64,000 nucleotides of DNA from Lama guanicoe. Taxonomy: Eukaryota. Positions within the stretch are counted from its first letter, which is position 1, and each line of letters starts with the position of its first letter. The translations under genes and the position numbers were made by a program. This document shows, in pieces, positions 53,389 to 64,000 of the stretch. Below the pieces are notes generated by a model. It did no database searches. It saw only the letters and a program-made list of their open reading frames with translations, and was not told where the DNA came from. The stretch is taken from positions 3,024,084 through 3,088,083 of the forward strand of contig MU056050.1 of assembly GCA_013239625.1 (NCBI GenBank), read 5' to 3'.

Positions 53389-54194
53389 TGGGCAGGGGGG
53401 AGGTGAGTAGCTTGACCATTTCCTGCAGGCTAGTGTCACCAGCTTCCTTTGCAAAAGGATGATAGGGTCAAGTCTTCCCCTGATAAGAGGTTTGCAAGTT
53501 CTTTGCTGAATTAAGCTCTTAAACTGACATGTAACATAAGCAAAAGACAGCCTCACACCAGAAACCAAAACAGAGCAGCAAACATGGGCAGTTCAGTTTT
53601 CAAGATTTTAAGCAGGCATATGTTTTCTTTTCATTGACAATCATTGCCCTTGCCAAATCAGGATGACTGACACCCTTAATTTGCAATTTCCTAAATTTCA
53701 AGGGTTTTTTTTTTTGATTGCTATATAATGATTTACCTAATTATTTTTTTCAAGTTGCAGTTTTTGATGTTTAATTTCAAAATCAATTTAAGATGTTTCG
53801 AGCTCCATTAATACACTGATATTGCTTCACTCATTTTCTTGCAAGGCACTTACTTTAAAAAATGCATCATTCTAATGATTTTAAATTACTCTACAGTGCA
53901 CATACCAATTTACAACTATTACAAAATTTTACATTTTTTCCCAAAGCACTTCAGTTTTAAAGATGTTCTGTATTTGGAGACAGAATGAGAGTGAGTTAAC
54001 TTTTAAAACAGCATGAAATACTATTTACAGCCTTTAAAATTCTCTACCCTCTCTGATGTAGCATGTAACCTTAGTAAATAAAATCTTAAGTGTTCAATGG
54101 GCATATAAAATAAGCTTAGGCTGAGGATATTATAAAATAATTTTCTTTTTATTCAAACTAATAACAATATTCTTTATAAATGGACACAAACTCA

Positions 54195-54455
54195 TCTGTG
54201 TGTGAGAGCAGAAGTGTGTGAATGTGTGCAAATGTGCATGGGTGTGTATGAGTGGGCAAGCTCGTGTCTGAGTGCACGCATGTGTGTAATAGTGTATTTG
54301 AGGATATGTGTGACTGTGTAAGAGGGTGTTAGAGTGTGTGCATGAGTAAAAGTGGGTTTAATAGTGTGTTTGTAAGTGTTGGGGTGTATGCATGTTTGTG
54401 CATTTGTGTGGCTGTGGGCATGGTAATGTGTTTGCATGAATGTGCAAATGTGTGA
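54195..54455. repeat. Degenerate (TG)n-rich low-complexity tract
   Basis: Read directly; it explains the His/Thr-rich spurious ORF 54192-54437. Confidence 0.88.
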
Positions 54456-57400
54456 CTTTCTGGTTTAAATATGTGCTGGGAGATTAAATGCTATGTGCAC
54501 TTTTATTTAGGCAGTCATTAGAATGTACTCTAGGAATTCTTTTACTAGCCTCAACATAGAATGAGGGAAATGTCTGACCCCCTTCCAAATGGTGTCTATA
54601 GCACATCTATAAGATATTTGCATAAACACGCACATAATGTATACTTTGCTTGAAATTTGCAGGGAAAAAATAGCGATATTTAAATTTTGCCCCAGGATTT
54701 TGCACCTGGTTACATCAGTTTAATAGATGTAAATCAGCTGCCAAAGTTGGGAAATCTTCCTTCCTGTTGCTTCAAAAAATGTTTTTGATTACTTTATTCT
54801 CTCAGGATTCCTTATTCACAGTGACACATGTCACTTTCACAGTGATTTAGGATACTTTGAGATTGATATTTAAAAGACTGTAATTAACATCGTTTCTACC
54901 TCAGACCACTCTGAAAGTTGCAGAGGGTGCCAGGTGCATTTCTGGGACCAGACAGATGTTCATTCATTGATATATTTCCCCCCTGCCTTTTTTTTTTTTT
55001 TTATATGCTACTCTAGAAGGTAGAAGGCAAAGTCCTAGGGGCCAAAGCTATCATGTCATGAGTGCCAGGTTCAGTGCTAGAATCTTTACATACATTACTT
55101 CATTTAATCTTCACTGCAACCTTGCAAGGTAGTGTTAATTCCATGTTTGAGATGAGGTGTTGTCGCTCACAAATGTTAAATGAGTTGCTTAAGGTCATGT
55201 GGCTAATTAGGGGTGAGGCTGGCGTCAAATTCAGTCTGTCTGACTCTAAATTGTGTTCTTTGCACTACACTGTGCTGAACTTCTTTGATTGAATCTGGAA
55301 GTATGACCTTTACAGAATTTATATCTTCCCTCACTGGGCACGGGGTTTATTTGATTGCTTGCTATTCTCTGGCCCTCAATTGCCTTCTCTAATGATGATT
55401 GATATCAAGTTCATATCTATCTTAGAGGCAATGAATAAATTCGTGAACCACATTTCCAATGATGTCAAGCCTCACCATGTGTTTACTTAAGTAAACTTAT
55501 TTTAGAAACTATTTATTGAATAACTATTATGTGCCAGAGGTTTTACACCCATTTTACAGATACGGGCATTGAAGCTTCAAGATGTTAGGTAATTTGCTTA
55601 AGACTCCATAACCAGAACATGCTAACTCTACATTTCTGTCGAAAGTCCTAGATAAACTTCTCTGTTTGGCAAGGTCTGGGTAAGTCAGTGGATCTAATCA
55701 AGCCTCATTTTCATTTCTAAAATGGGAATAACAGTACTTTCAGTCCAGGACTGTTACAAGGATGAAAGACAATACACATATAGCACCTTGAACATCATAG
55801 ACAGTTAATACGTGATAACAATTACCATATTCATTACAGCTAATAATGTGTACGGACCTTGGCAACAAATAGACCTAGTTTCAAAGGTTCTGCCTCCTAC
55901 TGGCTATGTGATCTAAGGCACACTGCAGAATTTCTCTAGGTTTTCATTTCCTCATCTATAAAATGATGCATTCTGTAGCACCTTTTCCCAAAGTGGTTCC
56001 AAAGAACACTTTTAGCTCCACAGGGTATGAGGAAACATTAAGCAAAACCTGGGTTTCCTGATCAAAGTTCTACGGGAAACTTTGGTAGACAGCTTTCCTT
56101 ATGAAGCGAATGTTTAGAGTCTGTACTATGAGAATGTGATGCCAGTTTTCAAGTGGGAGCTAACACGCCGATTTCTCCTTTTATTTTTCACCATGGAAAG
56201 TTTTTTGTTTGTCTATAACATCTTGCAGGAAATAACTGCATAGAAGATACTTGGGAAATACTGACTTGTCATGAAGATTAAATGGATAATATTTGTGAAG
56301 CACATATATAGTAAGAGCTCAATAAATGTAATACTATTGTTGTCGCTATTATTACTATCATAATCATCAATATAGTCATTGATGAGCCCCACCATGGTAC
56401 AGATTACCTGGGCCAGAAAAGGTATGCCTAATACATGTCCAGAAATAGAGGTCTGCCTACTATGCAGACAGGTTTTTGTCTGCCAGATTAGGGTGAGTTA
56501 GACCAGTGTTGGCAGAAGCTTCAGCAGAAAATATACTACATAATAATTACATAAAATAGAGCCCTTAGAGCCACCAAAGGATTCTTGGATGGCTAAGATT
56601 TTTCTGGAACCTCCCAGTCTGGAATTCCACTGATACAGACCCTGTTGTTGTACTGCCTTTTCTGATTGGTTTTCACATGTTGATGAGACCTTGTTTTTAA
56701 CACAGGTATCTTCCTACCTATGAGAGTTCTGCTTCTTTTCCTCTCTATGTAGCTAAGAAACAATGACAACTACAAACCTTGGCAGAGGTAAGGTGAACTG
56801 CTATGAATGTCTGGCTTGTATACTGGACTATCTTCCTTTTGGTCCTGATTCAGTTCCCTGACAATCTGGAAATGATTTGCCTTTATCTTTTTATATCTCC
56901 TGTCAAGGTGCTCACAGTTTGCTTAGATATATGGTCCTTTTAAAATCATCTTTGAACGTTCACCCATTCTCTGCTCCTTACAGTAGACTTAGTCACATCT
57001 TTAGGAGCAGAATTCTAGGGTGGTGGTGGGGCCTATTGCTTTTTACTAGAAGTCTTCAGGGACTATGTGGGTTGCTTCCCCATGAACCAATTTTTTAGAG
57101 ATATATTTTTAGAGGGAGATGTATTAACCCAAAAGGAATTTTCCTCACAATAAAAAATGTATTTATGTACCAAACCTACTGGTACTGAAGGTTAGGATGT
57201 AGGAGAAGTCCACAAGAAACTTTTTATCTAGCCTAGAGGTCAACATTATAGATTTTATTTGCTGTATAGGAGTAGCTTCTCCTTTCTATTATCATGCTTA
57301 AGAGGGTGGAAATTAATCATTTTGTCACTGTTTTAACCCTTGGTATAGCTGTTTCAGAGCTTTTTTGCATTTATGTTTGTACTCACATTGTCAGGAGGCT

Positions 57401-58608
57401 CAGAGGAATGAGATGGACTGAGAGCTTTCACACTCGATTGATAATCCATTGATTCCCAAGCACCATTTCAACCCTTGCCTCATGGGTCTCAAGTGAGGGA
57501 CGTCTTCCATTATGAGCAGGTTGATTATAATTAAAATGGATATATTCTCTGTCCCTGCAGTCTTAGTATCTGGTATGACAAGAATATTGGATAGAGAAAA
57601 ACAAACAATTCTGGCCAGGTTAATGTGGTGACCTTCATAAATGAAATAGGCCATTGGATTTTTTTTATCAAAGTCAAGTCCTGTTTATGAAATGCTTATT
57701 GCTAAGTAAAAACCCAGATCTAATATGACCTTGTGGAAAGATCCAAATATGACTTTTCCATACTGTAAAGAGGCCAGACTATGTGGCAGTTACACAAGGT
57801 ATGAATTTGGAGAACAAGGTCATGGCAGCTCAGATGCCAATTGACAACTTGGTGATCTCAAGCCATCTCTATGTTTTAGTAATTCCCCCTTATAGAGCAC
57901 ACATGATTTTTTAAACAATCAAGCTAAATAAAGCATCTGAGGATGACTTTATGGCTGAAGAACCATCCAAGAACCACTGCAGATGACAAGCTCTAATCCG
58001 TGCCAGTGTGTTTATTAACTCTATAGGTTTTCTGGCTAGATTCAAGAGTGTTTTAACTAATTTCATGACATAAAAACTCTTTAGTCCATCCAAGTTATAA
58101 ACCTATTACTTTATTAAACATTTTATCTAAAACATATGCTTGTTTCCTTCTTGAGAGACTGAAAGCCTGAGCTTCTCAGGCCTATATTCTATACAAGAAG
58201 TAGGTTATCATTAGGCATTTAATTATTGTCCCACATTTATATTCTTTATCATATTTTGCAGAACTCTGAGTGTAATGACTTGATACTTCTCCTGTCTTAG
58301 GAAATGTAAGTATAAGCATTCTTTTATACTTCCTTGTTATGGTTTTATCGTCATAAACTAGAAGTGGATCTAATAACGGTTACCCTTGGTGTCTTATTAT
58401 TGCCAAAAAGGATTATTGGTAAATTACACTAAGACCCAAATCATCATTTTTGGTAAACCTTCTCCACATATAGCTGACATTATCAACAATCCTATACTAC
58501 TAGGTACTTATTCAAGTTACCTTGGTATCTGAATATGTTCAGTTTAATTTGGAAGAGACATTTAGTCCTATTTTCCAGGCTAACCCTAACACTTCCATAT
58601 GCTAGAGT

Positions 58609-58830
58609 AGGGCTGTCCAACAGAAATATAATATGAGCCTCAAATGCAAGCCACAAAAGTTACTCAAAACTTTCTAGTAGCCACATTAAAAATTTTTTAA
58701 ATACACGTGAAATTAATTTTAATGTATTTTATTTAACCCAATATATCCAAAGTATTATCATTTCAACAAGTCATCAATATGGTAACTAATAAGGAGATAC
58801 TTTAATTCATTTTTCATATTAAATCTTGAA
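58609..58830. mobile_element. MER33-like hAT-Charlie MITE (partial)
   Basis: gggctgtccaacagaaatataatatgagcc ... ttctagtagccacattaaaa ... tttaacccaatatatccaaa. Confidence 0.8.
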
Positions 58831-58949
58831 GAGGATCCACAAGTGAACTGTCTCACTAGTCTCAATACAAAGAAAAGATTTATTCCCACTGAGCTATGGG
58901 TTTGTCTTTATGTTGAGGACACGGTAAATCACAGAACTGATTATGTTGC

Positions 58950-59410
58950 CCTGTTGTGTTGGTTGGAAGCTTGAAAACTACAATGAAATTTGATGTTATT
59001 TAGCTGTGCACATGACTTCCTTAAATAAAGATTACACTTCTCAGCTTCCTTTGCATCTAGGTGTGATCATGTGAATTATTGGTCAATGAGATATAAGTGA
59101 ATGTTTCCAGCCATAGCACCAGCGAAGTTTCCTTAAAAGAGAAGGGATAGGCCCTTTACCTCTCCATTCATTCATCTTGCCTGGAATGAAGATGTGGTAG
59201 CTGGAGCATTGGCTGCTATTGTGTACTTTGAAGATAAAGGTCCCATCTTAGGGATAGTAGAGGTATGAGCCAGAAGAAACTTTCTTTCTGGAATTATCAT
59301 ACAAACCTTGGACCTCCTACCTCTAGATTTCTTTTTGTGAGAGTAAGGCCACACTTATATTTTGTTTAAGCCACTCTTTTTTATTTCCTGTCACTGAACT
59401 TAATCTTAGC
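58950..59410. mobile_element. Old MaLR LTR (MLT1I/J-like)
   Basis: cagcttcctttgcatctaggtgtgatcatgtga ... ttgcctggaatgaagatgtggtagctggagc ... ttgtttaagccact. Confidence 0.7.
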
Positions 59411-59744
59411 AGACAGACAAGGAATATAAATTTTCCTTGAATGTGATTTTATAATGAATAGCAGGACTTAAAGTAAATGGGGTGAAAAGATAGAATAAAT
59501 ACATTTTAGCCAACTTTTCGGTGAAACACCTATTCTACAAACACAAGAAACAATACTATTTGGGTAGGGACAAAAAATATGATGACTTTGAAGTAGAAAG
59601 AATTTTCATACTCCTTTAAATTAATTCAGCTTTACAGTGTCTGAAAATGAATTTCTTTGAGACAGCTACTAATTTATCTTCTACTTACAAAAGATTTGTC
59701 TTTGAAATGCATCTTTACAATGAGAACTGAAATATAATGACAAT

Positions 59745-59970
59745 AATGGCTACCATTTATTATTATAATTTAACATCTATTATGGGAGAAGCACTATGCT
59801 AGGTGTTTCACATATATTATCTCATTTAACCCTTACAACTACCTTAACAAAGTAAGAATTATTTCCCCATTTTATAGGAGAGGCTCAGATAAACTAACTT
59901 ACTCAAGGTCACACAGTAATTCTTAGAAGCAGAGCTGGAATCTGAGTTCCTTTCTGTCTGAATTTTTCTA
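59745..59970 (-). mobile_element. MIR SINE
   Basis: attatctcatttaacccttacaac ... ccccattttatagg ... ctcaaggtcacacag. Confidence 0.8.
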
Positions 59971-60759
59971 TGCTGAATCTATGACAATTTTCATAACATT
60001 GTTTTTTTTTCTCCAACACTGACTCAGATCACTTTCAATAACCTACTTCTACCCTAAATCATAACATTCTGATATTCAAGGAAGAGATGCTGGGATCCTG
60101 CTCAGTGCTAGTTTTCTAGAGATTTAGTGGAAGTGCTGACAATGGAAAGGTAACATCTGTTGAATTTGAACAAGGCTCTCTGAATGGTATATTGGACAAA
60201 AGGTCTAAACCAGAAATCATGAGACTTGTCTCCCATGTTAACCATGTGCTTAATCAGCTGCATGACCTTACACAAATCATTCAGCCTTTCTAGGCCTCAG
60301 TTTTCTCTTCTACAAAAGGAAGGGCAAAACTAGATGATCCCTAAAATCTAATCTAGTGTCAATATTCCATGATTATGCAAAATCTGTCAAAGAAGAAATA
60401 AACGAAGGCAGTTGGAAAAGGAAGTAGGCAATAGTATTTAGAATGTTTTAACTTACATTGCTTGAGATGCAGAATTCAATTTTAAAAATGAATGGACCTA
60501 GAAGAGAAGTGTGTGGGAAGCTCTCTTTGATTGTTGAAACTGTTTACTCTTGACTCCACTGTTAACTTTAACTGCTTTGGCTTCAGAAATATCTTTTGAA
60601 CAATACTTCTAAGAACGTTCTTCCGATGCACACTAAGCAAACTAGTCTGCTGACATAGAATAAACTCTTCTGGGTTTGTTGGCCTGTTAGGTCTTTACCC
60701 ATACCATAGTAGAAAATATTCTTGATTTAATTGGAACTTAATTTTTTCTCCACTCAGAG

Positions 60760-61900
60760 TGAAAAAAAATATTAAAAATAAATTGAAATGTGAATTTAGC
60801 TGGCTGATGAGCCTAAGAGTACATGGAGTCAGAGCTCTGTCTGCTGATCTGGGTGACCTAGAGTTTTGATGAGGGTCCAGAGTAGGGAAACGATAGCTAA
60901 ACCTCGGGCCTTCACAGGATCAGGGATCCATATTCAAAACCAATCTGGAAGAAAATATGCCTTGCAAAGACAGACTAGAAGAAAATGATCTCTCAGGCTT
61001 GGGTCTGAAGATGTTAAATAACAAGCCTCCTCTGATCCTTCACGGCCACTAGCCAGGTTTCATGTGGGTTTGGGGCCTGAATTTGTACTAGTGGTATGGT
61101 GCAAAAAACTGTAACCTGAGATTTTTAATTTAAACTTTAAATTAGTACAAATAATCACTATGTTGTATACATGAAACTAATGTAATATTGCAAATCAACT
61201 ATATGACAATAAAAAAGAAAATAGTTTACTCTGATCTGCAGTGCAGACAGGTTCCTGACAGAAGCAAATGGAAATCCTCCTCAGACTGAGAATTTCAACA
61301 TATTTGAACCCACAATAAAAAAATAACAAAAACAAGAAGGCAAGCCATCATCTGCAAGAGTTGACAGAAACAAGAAACCATAACCTAGACCCACACTCGC
61401 AGTCTTAACATGATCTATTCATCAGATACAGCATATAAAACATCATTATGTTTAATATGTTTAAAGAAAAGAGAGGAAACAAAAAGACAGGATTAAGGAA
61501 CAAGAAATTACCAAAAACGAATGCAGCATATTTGAAAAACAAACTAAATTAACATTTTAGAAATACAAAGCAATCACTGAAATTAAAACTTTAATGGAAA
61601 GGTTAAACATCATAATAAACACAGTTGGAAGAGATATTTAGTGAGCCAGAAGACAAATTCAAAGAAATTACCTCTCATATAACAGGGAAGTTAGACGTGG
61701 AAAACAGGAGAAAAAAAAAAGACACAGAGGCCAGAATGGCACAGTCTAATGGAACTTCCAAAAGGAGATAACAGAGAAGGTGGGAAAACCAAGATTCAAT
61801 GAGATAATGAATAAGCATTTTCTATGATTTATGACGAACATGGGTCATTATATTCATGAAACTCAGCAAGTCATAAGCAGGATAAAAAAATTAATCCACA
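60760..61900 (+). mobile_element. Old L1 5'/ORF1 remnant containing a short L1 tail (~61150-61220)
   Basis: A-rich ORF1-like aatcactgaaattaaaact...ggttaaaca...acagttggaagaga; embedded aatcactatgttgtatacatgaaactaat...aataaaaaa. Confidence 0.6.
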
Positions 61901-64000
61901 TTGATCTTTAAAATAGGATATTGGGCTGTGAATTCTATTGCCAACCTCAACTCTGAAGCACACACAGTAAAGTAACATTTTTCCTGTGTCTCATAGCAAA
62001 TTAGTTCCTTCAGCTACAAAATGAGGAAACTTACTACCTATGCTGCTTGTACCTTATGGACGTTATGAAAGTGATGGAAACCTCTGTGCTAGGTTACTGG
62101 GAATGTGGAAGTCCAAGTCCAAATCAAGTTCTTTACAGCAGATGTGAAAATCGATTCAGAATTTCTGTGAGCTCCACCTTATTAAGTTTCGAGGTGAAAA
62201 TGTCCTTACTCTTTAACGAAGGACTAATCTCTGTCCTTCCTATGCCTCTTCTCCTTCTTTCAAATGACTCAGAAGAATATATAGAGAGCAAATCTTTGGG
62301 ACAGTCCTGAAGGTATTTCGTATCATCAAAGCCTAATATGCAATCCACATTCTAATAACGACCCCGGCTTATGGCCATAATGATGAAATAAAGAAAATAG
62401 ATATGTAAGTATTTGGGGGAAAAAATGAAAACCACCAGATAAATGCAGGATGTTTTTATCACAGGAATAAAAGTCTCCTTCAGTTTATTTGGGGGAGGTG
62501 TATGGACTGCTCTGCAATCTCTCTAAGTATCTGATTTTGCACAGGATTGGGATCACTTGTTCTGATTCTTCCCCAGGTCCCGGCCACTGATTTTGCGCAA
62601 TTGAATTCTGGCTTCCTTTGCACTCTCAGCCATGTCCACTACAGAGCCTTTCTACCTCCTCCTCCCCTGTCAGAGGCAGGTCAGACTGAGGAGGTGGGCA
62701 CCCAGGGGGTCACTTGCCCCTTAGGAGCTCACCTCCAGGGTCAAGTACACCTTTTAGCTGTACCCTTTTCTAGGTCTATTTTCATTTCATGTAGATAAAC
62801 ACGAATTGAGAAAAACACCAAATAGCAAATGAATTTGGAATTCAGAATAAGAGTCTGGGTCAATGATAGGCATGCATCTAATAGTACAGCACAAAATTTT
62901 CCTGTTTTCTTTTGATGCACCTATTGGTCTATCCAAATGCATTCCATATTATGAACTGTACTTTAACCATGTACATAAGTGTGCATCCTTGCATTCATGT
63001 TTACTTAATTATATTTTCTTGCCTCACAATTGCCACCTTATTTTAATATACGTCCCTGGTTGGAAAAACACTTTTAAAGCTTTAATGTCCTTGAACAGTC
63101 AGTAGAGTTAGCTCAGATTTACAGAGAAGCAGCTGCAGATTTACCTCTTAGTTCAAACTTGTCAAATTGTCACATTGCACTGGATTTTTGCATTGCTGCC
63201 TGCTAATGATGGCATAACAGGTGTGGTTTTTATTGTCTTAGAACAAAACGTAAAAGATGTATTTTGAAAACATTTGATATTCAATGTGCTTTGAATCACC
63301 TCACTGTATACACACAATCTTATGGCTATTAAATGAATTCTCTTTTATAAAGATAAGGAATTTTTGAATCTGAGAATATTTGGGGGTTCAATTTCCATTT
63401 TCACTTGAGACAAAAAAAGCTTAGGGGGTGACAAACCATCTCTGAGTAGGATGTATTGCTAGGAAATCATGATAATAGTAAGATTTTTTTCCACTTTATA
63501 TCTACCTCCTGAAGATATTTCTATGGATTCAGTCTTACACATTTAATTTGACTTGGAATTCTCTTAAGGATGTTTTTGGGTTGTATATCTAGTGCCACCA
63601 ATGAACTTCACTTACTGATTTACTAAATCAAGAGTTAATGTTTTGACCTCATTGTAGTGTTAATGACGTAGCTACTATGTTCCAAGCAGGAATTTGTTTT
63701 AATAAATCAGTCAAATCAGAGTCACCTTAAGGTTTATCCTTTATTTCTACTGAGTAGGGAAATAATTACTTTAAAGTAAATTTGATCAGAGGTTGTCATA
63801 CTTTGAATAGCAAGTTAAAGATAATTAAGCCTACATAGGAATTAGTCAGAAGCCTTTTGTCCCCTAAAAAGCACTATAAAACTTCCTATCGTGTTTCAGT
63901 GAGTAGCTGTCTATATTTGGGCTTTTCTTTAAGTCCAGGGAACTTGTAGCATTATAATATATTAATATTGTTTGCTAACTAACAGCAAACTTTTTTTCCT

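Larger units (their letters stand above)
15324..64000 (-). other. TENM1: Long TENM1 intron upstream of the EGF6-7 exon (>48 kb, continues beyond the window)
   Basis: The 15323 exon begins mid-codon at an acceptor. No further teneurin-like coding sequence was recognised up to 64000, and the region is repeat-rich. Confidence 0.85.

Noticed and set aside
54192..54437. His/Thr-rich ORF
   Set aside because: Translation of a degenerate (CA)n tract.
1..64000. CRISPR arrays, tRNA/rRNA genes, operons, processed pseudogenes
   Set aside because: None recognised; the direct repeats are two-copy TSDs or local duplications in mammalian intronic DNA.

Overview
This is mammalian genomic DNA: AT-rich and full of MIR, L2, L1, MLT1 and MER repeats. 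I saw no Alu, BovB/Bov-tA or PRE-1 elements; the young L1 3' ends look cetartiodactyl, probably camelid (recognised from memory, not searched). The window is the middle of a teneurin gene on the minus strand, recognised as TENM1 (teneurin-1). Four phase-1 exons splice into one open frame: 15323-15138 (EGF6-7), the 24-nt microexon 13540-13517 (AHYLDAVR), 11380-11234 (EGF8 and start of the Cys-rich region) and 128-<1. Everything above 15323 is one long intron. There are no prokaryotic systems, and almost all ORFs in the supplied track are spurious. The most interesting signals concern splicing. One is a second candidate in-frame 24-nt microexon (13363-13340, GSCYNRQK, adding an odd Cys) 153 nt downstream of the first, within a cluster of neuronal splicing motifs. 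Another is a candidate 36/41-nt dual-acceptor exon (2831 or 2836 to 2796) that would either interrupt the DxDxDG loop or add a stop codon. Both are predictions from sequence only; pseudo-exons are common in long introns. Repeat boundaries are approximate and repeat family names are from recognition.
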